This document shows, in pieces, positions 47,746-56,980 of a stretch of 64,000 nt of DNA (positions are counted from its first letter, which is position 1; the number at the start of each line of letters is the position of its first letter). The translations under genes and the position numbers were made by a program. Location of the stretch: NCBI GenBank assembly GCA_963675525.2, contig CAXXSL010000005.1, positions 32,001-96,000 on the forward strand, given 5' to 3'. This DNA is from Anaerohalosphaeraceae bacterium. Lineage in GTDB: Bacteria > Planctomycetota > Phycisphaerae > Sedimentisphaerales > Anaerohalosphaeraceae. Under the pieces are notes generated by a model. It was not told where the DNA came from and did not search any database. It worked only from the letters and a program-made list of their open reading frames with translations.

Positions 47746-48406
47746 GAATACATGTATGACGTGCGGAGGCAGCCAGGGACTTTGCGGCGGCAAGGGGATC
47801 GCCACGCTTAAAGACGGGATATGGACGAGCAATCCCCTGGCGATCCAGGTACTGGGTATTTGTTCGGCGCTGGCGGTCACCAATAAGCTCAGCAACTCGC
47901 TGGTGATGGGCGTGGCATTAATGTTTGTGTGTGTCGGCTCAAACCTGTTTGTTTCGCTTTTGAGAAATCACATTCCGCATCGAATTCGCATGATAGCGGA
48001 AGTTGCCATTATCGCGACCTTTGTTATTTTATTTGATCAATTTCTCAAGGCCTATTATTGGGAGATGTCAAAACAACTGGGACCGTATGTCGGACTGATC
48101 ATTACCAACTGTATTGTGATGGGTCGCGCCGAAGCCTTTGCATTGCAGAATGCACCACTCGTTTCAATGGTTGACGGGCTGGCCAATGGAATCGGGTATG
48201 GTGTCGCATTGGCGATTATTGGTTTTGTCAGAGAATTGTTCGGTTCCGGCCAGGTGGTCCTGTTCGGCATGACGATCGATCTTGGTTCCTGGTACACGCC
48301 GAATCAGCTTATGATCCTGGCTCCGGGGGCTTTTTTTGTATTTGGCGTTCTTATCGCGGCTTTCAATGTACTCAAAGGCAGTGATCCAGAGGAGGACAAG
48401 AAATGA
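47735..48406 (+). CDS. nqrD: NqrD/RnfE subunit
   Basis: NPLAIQVLGICSALAVT; YVGLIITNCIVMGRAEAFA; LAPGAFF. Confidence 0.92.
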   Translation: MANKNTCMTCGGSQGLCGGKGIATLKDGIWTSNPLAIQVLGICSALAVTNKLSNSLVMGVALMFVCVGSNLFVSLLRNHIPHRIRMIAEVAIIATFVILFDQFLKAYYWEMSKQLGPYVGLIITNCIVMGRAEAFALQNAPLVSMVDGLANGIGYGVALAIIGFVRELFGSGQVVLFGMTIDLGSWYTPNQLMILAPGAFFVFGVLIAAFNVLKGSDPEEDKK

Positions 48407-49026
48407 GTGAAACATCCGCCATTGTTATTCTGATCGCAGCGGTCTTTACCAACAATATTCTGCTCAGTAATTTTCTGGGAATGTGCTCCTTTATCGCCTG
48501 TTCCAGCCAAGTGGGGACCGCGTTGGGGTTAGGGACCGCTGTCACATTCGTAATGACCATGACAACCATGATCAATTACATCATTTATCATTATGTTTTG
48601 ATCTCGAAAGAGGCAGCCGGTCATTTTGTTCTGGTCGCCGCGGATCTGACCCATTTGCAGTTTATTGTTTTTATTGCTGTTATTGCGGCGTTCGTTCAGC
48701 TCGTTGAGATGATCGTGGAGCGATTCAGCCCGAAACTGTACTTTGCACTGGGAATATTTTTGCCGCTAATCACCGTGAATTGTGCGATCCTCGGGGCTTC
48801 GCTTTTTGCGATCATTCGTAATTATACATTTGTTCAAACAGTTGGTTTTGGGTTTGGTGCGGGCCTGGGTTGGCTGGTGGCGATTGTTTTGATGGCGGGA
48901 CTTCAGCAGAAGATGCAGTATAGTGATATTCCAAAGCCGTTCAAAGGCGTCTCCGTCGCGATGATCATTACCTGTGTGATGGCGATGGCGTTTATGGGTT
49001 TTGCCGGAATGGTGACTATTCAATAA
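48403..49026 (+). CDS. nqrE: NqrE/RnfA subunit
   Basis: FLGMCSFIA; IAAFVQLVEM; LGIFLPLITVNCAILG; MAMAFMGF. Confidence 0.92.
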   Translation: MSETSAIVILIAAVFTNNILLSNFLGMCSFIACSSQVGTALGLGTAVTFVMTMTTMINYIIYHYVLISKEAAGHFVLVAADLTHLQFIVFIAVIAAFVQLVEMIVERFSPKLYFALGIFLPLITVNCAILGASLFAIIRNYTFVQTVGFGFGAGLGWLVAIVLMAGLQQKMQYSDIPKPFKGVSVAMIITCVMAMAFMGFAGMVTIQ

Positions 49027-49038
49027 GGAGACATTGGG

Positions 49039-50133
49039 GTGACGTTATATTTGAGTGCAGCATTGGTTTTTGGCGGGTTGGTCGCTGTGCTTGCGTTCGG
49101 TCTTATCATGGCGGAACGTTTCCTCGTGAATTATGGAATCTGTAAGCTCGATATTAATGCCGGGGAAAAACCGTTAGAGGTCGAAGGCGGCCAGACGCTT
49201 CTTTCCGCCTTATATTCCAACGAAATCTTTATTCCTTCCGCCTGCGGAGGTAAAGGCTCTTGCGGTCACTGCAAGATTACGGTTGACAGTGGCGGTGGGC
49301 CGTTGCTGCCGACTGAAACGCCGTATTTGTCCAGGGCGGAAGTCCGGTCGAATGTTCGATTAGCCTGTCAGGTAAAGATTCGTGAGGATATTTTTGTTAA
49401 AATCCCATCGGACCTGTTGAATGTCAAGATGTTCGAAGCGACCGTAGAGTACGTTCGCGACCTGACCCATGATACGAAGGAGGTCCGATTCAAACTCCAG
49501 GAACCGGCAGAGATCAGCCAGCGTCCTGGTCAGTATATTCAGGTTCAGGCTCCGTCGCCGGAAGGACCGGTCTTTAGAGCCTATTCCATCAGTTCGCCTT
49601 TGTATGACAACAATGCGGTCGAATTAATGGTCCGCCTGGTACCGGGGGGAATCGGTTCTACCTACATCCACAATCTTCAGCAGGGCGACCCCGTCACCTT
49701 TACCGGGCCGTACGGTGAGTTTTATCTAAATGATGACCCCGACGTCGAAATCGTTTGTGTCGGCGGCGGCTGCGGGATGGCTCCGATGAAAAACATCATT
49801 TATTCGCTCTATGATAAACACCCGGACCGTGTTTGCTGGCTGTTTTTCGGATGCCGTACGACAAAGGACATCTTTTACCTGGACGAATTCAAGGCACTTG
49901 CAGTCAAGCACCCCAATTTCCATGTGGTTTACGCTCTTTCGGATGAGTTAAACAATGGCGATAAGTGGGATGGCGAGACGGGCTTTATACATCTTTCCGT
50001 TGATAAATACCTTGAGCCCCGTGTTGCACGACAGGCCTTTTTGTGCGGCCCTCCTCCGATGATTGAAGCGGTAATGCGTGTCCTTGAGGATAAAGGGCTT
50101 TTGGAACAGGACATCTTTTATGATAAATTCTAA
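49039..50133 (+). CDS. nqrF: NqrF-like [2Fe-2S]/FAD NADH oxidoreductase subunit
   Basis: N-terminal TM; IPSACGGKGSCGHC..RLACQ; RAYSI; GPYGEF; GGGCGMAP; CGPPPM; terminal YDKF. Confidence 0.88.
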   Translation: MTLYLSAALVFGGLVAVLAFGLIMAERFLVNYGICKLDINAGEKPLEVEGGQTLLSALYSNEIFIPSACGGKGSCGHCKITVDSGGGPLLPTETPYLSRAEVRSNVRLACQVKIREDIFVKIPSDLLNVKMFEATVEYVRDLTHDTKEVRFKLQEPAEISQRPGQYIQVQAPSPEGPVFRAYSISSPLYDNNAVELMVRLVPGGIGSTYIHNLQQGDPVTFTGPYGEFYLNDDPDVEIVCVGGGCGMAPMKNIIYSLYDKHPDRVCWLFFGCRTTKDIFYLDEFKALAVKHPNFHVVYALSDELNNGDKWDGETGFIHLSVDKYLEPRVARQAFLCGPPPMIEAVMRVLEDKGLLEQDIFYDKF

Positions 50134-50169
50134 CAGTGGTACTGAAGAATAATATGCCAAACTGACACG

Positions 50170-51214
50170 ATGAGCATAAAACGATATATCAATCTGATGA
50201 TCCTTCTGTTGTTGGCGGTTTTTATTATATTTTCTGTCAACGGTGCTTTTATGGGTGCCCGGCGAGCGCAGGCTTTTTTCAACTCCATCCCCATGATGAC
50301 ATTCTGGGGTGTCCTGCTGTTTGTTCTGATAGCAGGATTTTTCATGTATGCTTCGTTACGAAAACGCTTTGGGTTGATGCTAATCCATGGCGGCTGTTTA
50401 CTGGTACTTGGAGGCGGAGTGCTGGGTTCGGAAGCCGGATTCCGTTTTTTCAATCAACTATTTGATCAACAATCATTTACAAAGGGGCAAATGACGCTCC
50501 ATCAGGGGCAATCATCTAATCGTGTCGTTTCAGAAATGGAAGACAGCATTAACGAATTGCCGTTTGCTGTACGGCTTGAAAAGGCATTTGTCGAATATTA
50601 TGATGAGCCTGCTATCCGTCTTCATTTTGGCGATGCGATGCATTTTATGATTCCGTCGCAAGTTGGCGAAAAAATCGAAATTCCAGATGGGCGCGGGACC
50701 GTTCAAATTATTACGGCTTACAAGAATTTTAAAATGAAACAAGTCGATGGTCAACGGATTCCTTATGACTCAGATGGCCCCGAATCTAATCCTGCTTATC
50801 AACTGACGATAACGTTGGCCGGAGGGAAACCGGAAACCTTGTTTGTCTTTGAACGTTTTCCGATGCACGCAATGCCCGGTAAAATCTATTCTGCCGAGTA
50901 TGTAGCGCCGCAAATTGTCAAAGATTACAAGAGTGACCTGCAGGTTGTTAAGGACGGCGAACTTGTTAAGCAGGCAACGATTGAGGTCAATAAGCCGCTG
51001 TTTTATGGAGGGTTTCATTTTTATCAGCATACCTTCAGCTATGATCAATTGGGGGCCGATCAGCGGCATTATGGTGGCATCCGCCCGGGGTGTCCGGCTT
51101 GTATTTCTGGGCTACGCAGCGATTTTCATCGGTCTGCTGAAGCACTTTTATCCGAAGCTTTTTATGAAAAAGTGCGACATCAAAGACACGAAAGGGTTGC
51201 CGGATGATAATTAA
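50170..51214 (+). CDS. ResB/Ccs1-like cytochrome c biogenesis protein; apparent +1 frameshift in a G-run near 51050
   Basis: FFNS..F..; GLMLIHGG; LPFAVRLE.AF; KDYKSDL..IEVNKPL.YGGF.FYQ. The C-terminal TM (GVRLVFLGYAAIFIGLL) is in the next frame, ending at 51214. Confidence 0.75.
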
Positions 51215-51998
51215 GCCGGACATACAGGGCTATTTGATTTATAGTACGATGCTGGGGTACCTGACTGTTTTATTGATGGCGTTGAAATATCCCAAACAGG
51301 CCAAAGTTCTTTTTGTCAGTTCCTTTCTGGTCAGTTCGGCGGCATTGATTTATCGCTGGAGTGTCGTTGGGCATCTGCCGATGCAGAATATGTTTGAAGT
51401 TTTTCTTTTTTTGGGATTCTGTATCTGGCCAATTCATATTTTCTCCAAAAAAATTCTTCGTACGAATCATTCTGTTCTTATGATGATTGACGGTGCGATA
51501 GGAGTGGTTGTTCTTTTTCCGGCGGGTTTTATCTTTAACCATCATCCCCAGTTTCTGCCTCCGGCACTGCAATACTGGCTTTTTGGGCCACATGTCGCTG
51601 CTTATATGCTTGCGTATATCTTTATGACCAAAGCAGCGGTTTTTGCGTTGGGAGGACTCATTTTGTCATCTCGCAACATGCCGTCAAATAATACGATGGC
51701 TGATTCGGGATATCAGTTGATTGCGGCCGGTTTCCCATTGCTTACGCTGGGGTTATTTCTGGGGTCTATCTGGGGTAAATATGCATGGGGCGACTGGTGG
51801 GGGTGGGATCCCAAAGAACTCTGGTCACTTGTTTGCTGGCTGGTTTATGTGCTTTATTTACATGTTCGATTCGCCTGGCCTCGGCGGCAACAGATTCATA
51901 ACGTCCTGAATATCATCGGACTGGTTTGTATTATTATTACGTTATTGTGGGTTAATCTTTCGAAACTGTTTCCCGGTTTACATAACTACACCTCGTAA
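51204..51998 (+). CDS. ccsA: Cytochrome c synthase CcsA/ResC (system II)
   Basis: GHLP..N.FE; LPPALQ.W..HV; GSIWGKYAWGDWWGWDPKE (WWD domain); YLH; GLHNY. Confidence 0.93.
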   Translation: MIIKPDIQGYLIYSTMLGYLTVLLMALKYPKQAKVLFVSSFLVSSAALIYRWSVVGHLPMQNMFEVFLFLGFCIWPIHIFSKKILRTNHSVLMMIDGAIGVVVLFPAGFIFNHHPQFLPPALQYWLFGPHVAAYMLAYIFMTKAAVFALGGLILSSRNMPSNNTMADSGYQLIAAGFPLLTLGLFLGSIWGKYAWGDWWGWDPKELWSLVCWLVYVLYLHVRFAWPRRQQIHNVLNIIGLVCIIITLLWVNLSKLFPGLHNYTS

Positions 51999-52034
51999 TG
52001 TGTACTCAAAACGTCGTTCGATTCGGGCATGATC

Positions 52035-52685
52035 TTATCTGGCTGAAAGCATCCCCTGTGCCATCTGTTTCCATGCATCGGGGCCTTTGTTGAGAAACAT
52101 TTCAAATGACTCGTCATCTGCCAATTTGACGAGCAATATCTTACGGTCTTCCAGAGGGATACTGCTGGCGATGATCTCTTTACGAATACCATCGAGACAA
52201 TCCAAAAAGCGGGCATGATCTTCGGTGATCAGTTCTTGGAATTTCCGTCTTAAATGGGCCGCATAGGCCGGGCACTTGCCGTTTGTGCTGATGGCAATCT
52301 GAAGATCCCCCTGCCGGACGATCGAGGGAACATAAAAATTGCACAGTTCCGGAACATCAACCACATTGCACAGAATTTTGAGCGTCTGGCAGTCATTATA
52401 GATACGGGTGTTCAGTTCATTGTCATCCGTGGCGGCGATTACCAGAAACGCGTCTGCCAGATGGGTACTTGAATACTCAGATTTCAGGATTTCGATGTCA
52501 AGCCCGGTACAGGTCTTTTCAAAGTCTTTTTCGACTGTTTTTGTGACAACTCGCACATTAGCCCCGGCCCGTAGAAGCGTTTTGACTTTTCTGGCGCCGA
52601 CCGAACCGGCTCCCACAACAACCGCTCGAGTTCCTGTTAAATCAAGATAAATCGGATATTTAGCCATAGTGAAAGGATTATACAC
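52035..52685 (-). CDS. Precorrin-2 dehydrogenase / sirohydrochlorin ferrochelatase (SirC/Met8-like)
   Basis: YPIYLDL..VVGAGSVGARK; VIAATDD..LN; NVVDVP..CNF; IAISTNGKCP. Confidence 0.92.
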   Translation of the reverse strand: MYNPFTMAKYPIYLDLTGTRAVVVGAGSVGARKVKTLLRAGANVRVVTKTVEKDFEKTCTGLDIEILKSEYSSTHLADAFLVIAATDDNELNTRIYNDCQTLKILCNVVDVPELCNFYVPSIVRQGDLQIAISTNGKCPAYAAHLRRKFQELITEDHARFLDCLDGIRKEIIASSIPLEDRKILLVKLADDESFEMFLNKGPDAWKQMAQGMLSAR

Positions 52686-52806
52686 ATTCTGTTTATCATT
52701 GCCAACTGTAAATATAAATCAGAAACGGTTGTTTTCTGTGTGGATTGCGTGTATAATAATGTGGTGATTGTAATAGATCGTAAAGGCATAATCGAAAGGG
52801 TTGGAT

Positions 52807-53259
52807 ATGCAGGCTATTACGATAGGTCAAGTCCTGGGGCACGCCGAAAAATTCGAGGAGATGCTGTCTGAGTTCTATCGAACATTTTCCGAGCAAAATC
52901 CTCACGAAGGTGTACGGCTCTTAACGGAATATATGAGTCGCCACGGCTGCCACATTAGAGATATGCTGAGCGAATTGACCGTCGAGCAAACAGACCATGT
53001 TCTGAATGTTCCCTTGTCTTATGAGCCTTCTATTCCGGATTGTCGCTGCTTTGAAACACTTGATTTACCAATCGATGCTGACGCCGCCCATCTGTTGGAT
53101 GCTGCGATACTTCTTGATGAATGCCTGATGCAGTTGTATCGTCAGGTCGTCCGTCAGCCTGTGGAACGTCAGATCAAGGAATTGTTTGAGGGATTGATAC
53201 AGGTTCTTGAACAGGATGAGATTCAATTGAAAAAAATTAAAGCGATGGATTATTTCTAA
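52807..53259 (+). CDS. Ferritin/rubrerythrin-like four-helix protein (hypothetical)
   Basis: A..FE..L.EFY..L..Y..RH pattern repeated as L..LY..LF..L..E; RBS AAGGG. Confidence 0.55.
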   Translation: MQAITIGQVLGHAEKFEEMLSEFYRTFSEQNPHEGVRLLTEYMSRHGCHIRDMLSELTVEQTDHVLNVPLSYEPSIPDCRCFETLDLPIDADAAHLLDAAILLDECLMQLYRQVVRQPVERQIKELFEGLIQVLEQDEIQLKKIKAMDYF

Positions 53260-53278
53260 CACCCTTTGCATAGACAAA

Positions 53279-53315
53279 AAAATGGTTTTTCCCAGACTCT
53301 GAGAAAAACCATTTT
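53279..53315. terminator. Bidirectional terminator-like hairpin between convergent genes
   Basis: AAAATGGTTTTTC..GAAAAACCATTTT 13-bp arms. Confidence 0.7.
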
Positions 53316-53339
53316 CGATGAGACATTTACAAAAAATGA

Positions 53340-55853
53340 TTAAATGCCGTTTTTATTTTTTCTGATGATTTCCGAAGCAGAGCAGTTTCGTTGCGGGGCA
53401 TAGCCTTTCAGGGGCAGGATGTGCTCATGGACGGTATCCAGAAAATCTGCCGGGTATGGGAAGAATGATTCCTCTACTTCATCCGGCGGAGTGATCCAGT
53501 TCTTGGCTCCCAGAACGACCGGCGGGGCGTCCAGTTCGTCAAATGCCAGCGTGTTGATGGTCGAGGCCATCGTATGCAGGAAGCTGCCGCGTTCGCAGGC
53601 ATCGGAAGCCAGTAGAATCTTGCGTGTCTTCTTCACGGATTCGATGACTTTTTCGTAATTGAACGGCACCATTGAGCGGGCATCGATGATTTCACAGCTT
53701 AAGCCGTATTTTTCTTCCATCTCTTTGGCGGCCTCAATTGCGCGGTAAAGCGTTGCACCGATAGTCAGAATGGTCAGGTCATTGCCTTCCTTGCGAATCG
53801 CCGGTTCACCGAACGGGACTTCGTAGGCTTCCTTCGGTACGCCGCCGGGGACGAATTCTTCAGCCATGCCGTAAAGCCGTTGACTTTCAAAGAAAATCAC
53901 CGGGTCTGTTCCGGTCAGAGCCGAATACATCATTCCTTTGGCGTCATAAGGCGTTGCGGGGGAAAGCGACTTTCAGGCCCGGAATATGGGCACATAAAGC
54001 GGTCCAGTCCTGACTGTGCTGTGCGCCATACTTGCTGCCGACAGAAACTCGCATGACAAGCGGCATCTTCAGCAGATCCGCCGCTCATCGACTGCCATTT
54101 ACACAGTCTGGTTGAATACTTCGTCGCCGGCACGGCCGAGGAAGTCACAATACATCAGTTCGATCAATGCACGTCCGCCTTCCAATGCGTAACCAACCGC
54201 AGTTCCGGTACAATGGCCGCCTTCAGCAATCGGCGAATTGAACAAGCGATGATACGGAAGCGCCTCAGTCAGGCCGCGATAAACAGCGAAAGGCACCGCC
54301 CCAATCACGGTTTTCTTCACCATAGGCGAACAGAGTGTCGGATCGCTGTATAGAACCGGTCAATAATCGCTTCAAACAGAGTCCGTCACGAATACCGATG
54401 CAGCGCGTATCTTTAAGCCGCTGGCCGTTTTCATCAAATGCCGAACGACTTCGAGAAGCCAGGCTCTTGAACACGCGGGTTTTCCTCAATCGTGGGAATT
54501 AAAACATCCGGCTTTCTGCCCGGTTCCATGGACTCGACTTTTTGATTCGAATACATCGTTTGCTCAAGCAAGTGGTTTTCTTTCATCAGGTCAGCACGCG
54601 GAGAAATCGTTACAGGTCAACCGCCTTCTTTGCAGGCCTTGACCATCAGTTCCTCAGCGTATTCTTGAGGATTTCTTCGAAGTCTTGCCATTGTCACAGA
54701 CATCTTGGCCTTGACCAGTTCTTTTCCGAAAGTGAACGTGTCGGGTCATGTTCCTGCCAGGCTTCGATTTCGCTCTTTTCACGATAGCTGCTCTGGTCGG
54801 AGGGCGAGTGGCCGCTGTAACGATAGGTGATCGTATCGAGCAGAACCGGGCCTTCGCCTTTTTCAAGAATTTCACTTCTTGCGGCGCAATCGCGTCAGCA
54901 TTACCGCCAGCGGATTGTAACCATCGACACGTTCGGCGTGCATCTGTTCGGGATTCATGCCTGCACCGATTCGTGCCAGTGTACGTTGAAGCCCATCGTT
55001 TCGCCTTCAGGCTGGCCGCCCATACCGTAGAAGTTATTGTAGAAGTTGATAATCAGCGGCAGTCCACCACGATGGGATTCGTCCCAGAGTTTTTTGAACT
55101 GGTCCATCGTCGCAAAGCACAGGCCTTCCCAGACCGGGCCGCAAGCTGAAGAAGCGTCACCGATGTTGCCGATGACGATACCGGGCTTTCTAGGTTGACT
55201 TTTTTAAACAGAGCCGCACCAACGGAAATATCGCCGGACCCGCCGACGATGGCGTTGTTCGGATAAACGCCGAACGGCGGGAAGAAAGCGTGCATCGAGC
55301 CGCCCATGCCTTTGTTCCAATCCGGCTCACGTCCAAAGATTTCAGCCAGAGTGCCATAGATCAGGAAATCGACGGCCAGGTCTTTCGACGCTGCCTTTAG
55401 CATCTTTTTCGACAATTCGCAGACAGTGGCCGCCAAAATAGTTTTCCATGATGTGCATCAGCGCCTTGTCGTCCAGTTTTTCAATGGCCGAGAGACCCTT
55501 TGGCGAGAATTTCACCGTGACTGCGATGACTGCCGAAGATGTGGTCGTCGATACCCAGTATGATACGCCTGGCCGACCGCCGCGGCTTCCTGGCCGATGG
55601 ACAGGTGCGCCGGGCCGTTGTGCATGTATTCGATGCCCATGTAATTGCCGCGCAGCTTGATCTCGTTGAGCATGTTCTCAAACGTGCGGATGATGGTCAT
55701 GTCCCGCTGGATGCGAATCAGGTCCTCATCGCTGTAACGGTTTGCGTTCGTCCTTGATACGATTTCTTGTATTGGTTGACCGGGATCGGCTTGAATTCGA
55801 TCTGACCGCTCTTGCGGGCCTGTTCGGGGTTGACAATTCGATACTTTTGGCAT
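53340..55853 (-). pseudogene. Fused E1 alpha/beta 2-oxoacid dehydrogenase, broken by many frameshifts (probably sequence errors)
   Basis: Motifs spread over at least six ORF fragments: [88 protein letters not shown]. Confidence 0.85.
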
Positions 55854-55859
55854 TGTTTG

Positions 55860-56710
55860 TTACTCCTTGGTATCCTGAAATAAGGGACATATGGATTATT
55901 CGTTTCCTTTGATTCGTTTGGAAAGATACCTGCGACGCTGTTGCTGATTCGAAAGAAATTCAGCCCATTCATCGGAGGGTCTTTCTTTCGGTGATACGAC
56001 TTTTGAGATACATTTCAAAATCGGCGATAATCTTGTACAGGGCCGGATGGCCGAACTTACTGCTGTCGGCCAGCAAAATGCATTTTCACGCGCATTGCGT
56101 GAGACAAGCTTTAATAATATGGGCGCTCTCGATATCCACCGAGCTTAAGCCCGAAGTCGATGCTCATGCCCGTCTGCTGCCGATGAAACGCGCGATAGCC
56201 GCGCAGTTGTTCGAGGACTTCTCCAATGCAATCGGCCCCACGGTGTCCATGCGGTCCTGGTCGGAACTGGCCGCCGAGCATTAACAGCAGCGTATCCACG
56301 CCGGGGGCGTATTCAACTCCTGGGCCGTACGCACCGAGTTGACAATCACCCGACAGGCCGCTTTTTGCCCCGCAGCGAAGCGCGGTCATCGCAAAACACG
56401 TCGTTCCGGGAATCGAGAAAGATTTGATCGCCGTCAGTCAACCATAACGGCCGGCCAACTGGGGCGATGGCACTTTTTTGGCTTCGATGTTTCGCATGGA
56501 CTTGGACAGAAACGAGTAATCCGAACCGCGGACCACCGATGCCCCCCCGTGATTGAGTTCCAGCAGGCCTTCGGATCAGCCAGACCGTGCAAAATCCCGG
56601 CGGATCGTGGCTTCGGAAACGCCTGGAGCTGCCTCGGCCAGGTCACTGCACCAAAACGCGACCTTCCTGATAGGCAAAAGACCGAGTATTTGTTCTTTTC
56701 TCGGTTCCAT
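55860..56710 (-). pseudogene. DeoR/GlpR-family regulator, frameshifted
   Basis: MEPRKEQIL..GVSEATIRRD HTH; further fragments across frames: IFLDS.TT, MLGGQFR, LLADSSKFG. Confidence 0.8.
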
Positions 56711-56927
56711 ATTCGCTTTGTTTAAGTTTCCCGTATTTGCTGAATTGCCGGAAGTCATTGAGCCGCCCATCCAGTTGCTTCAATGCTGGATCCCGACTCA
56801 ATGGCCGCCGATGACTCATCTTGAATTGAGAAAGTTTATTAGATGTATAAATAAATCATAAACGCAACATGAAATTTGCAACACAATATTTGAAAATTTA
56901 TGCTTGATATTCAGGATTGGATTGTTG

Positions 56928-56949
56928 TATGACCTATACTCTGGTCATA
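56928..56949. promoter_or_regulatory. 7-8-7 inverted repeat in the divergent promoter region (putative DeoR operator)
   Basis: TATGACC-TATACTCT-GGTCATA between the DeoR gene and E2. Confidence 0.45.
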
Positions 56950-56980
56950 ATATCATGGATTCACCCTAACAGGAGAACGC

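Noticed and set aside
44577..49026. Calling the operon a standard rnfCDGEAB
   Set aside because: No RnfB, an NqrF-type subunit follows, B has the NqrB N-terminus, and A lacks the RnfC glycine-rich motif.
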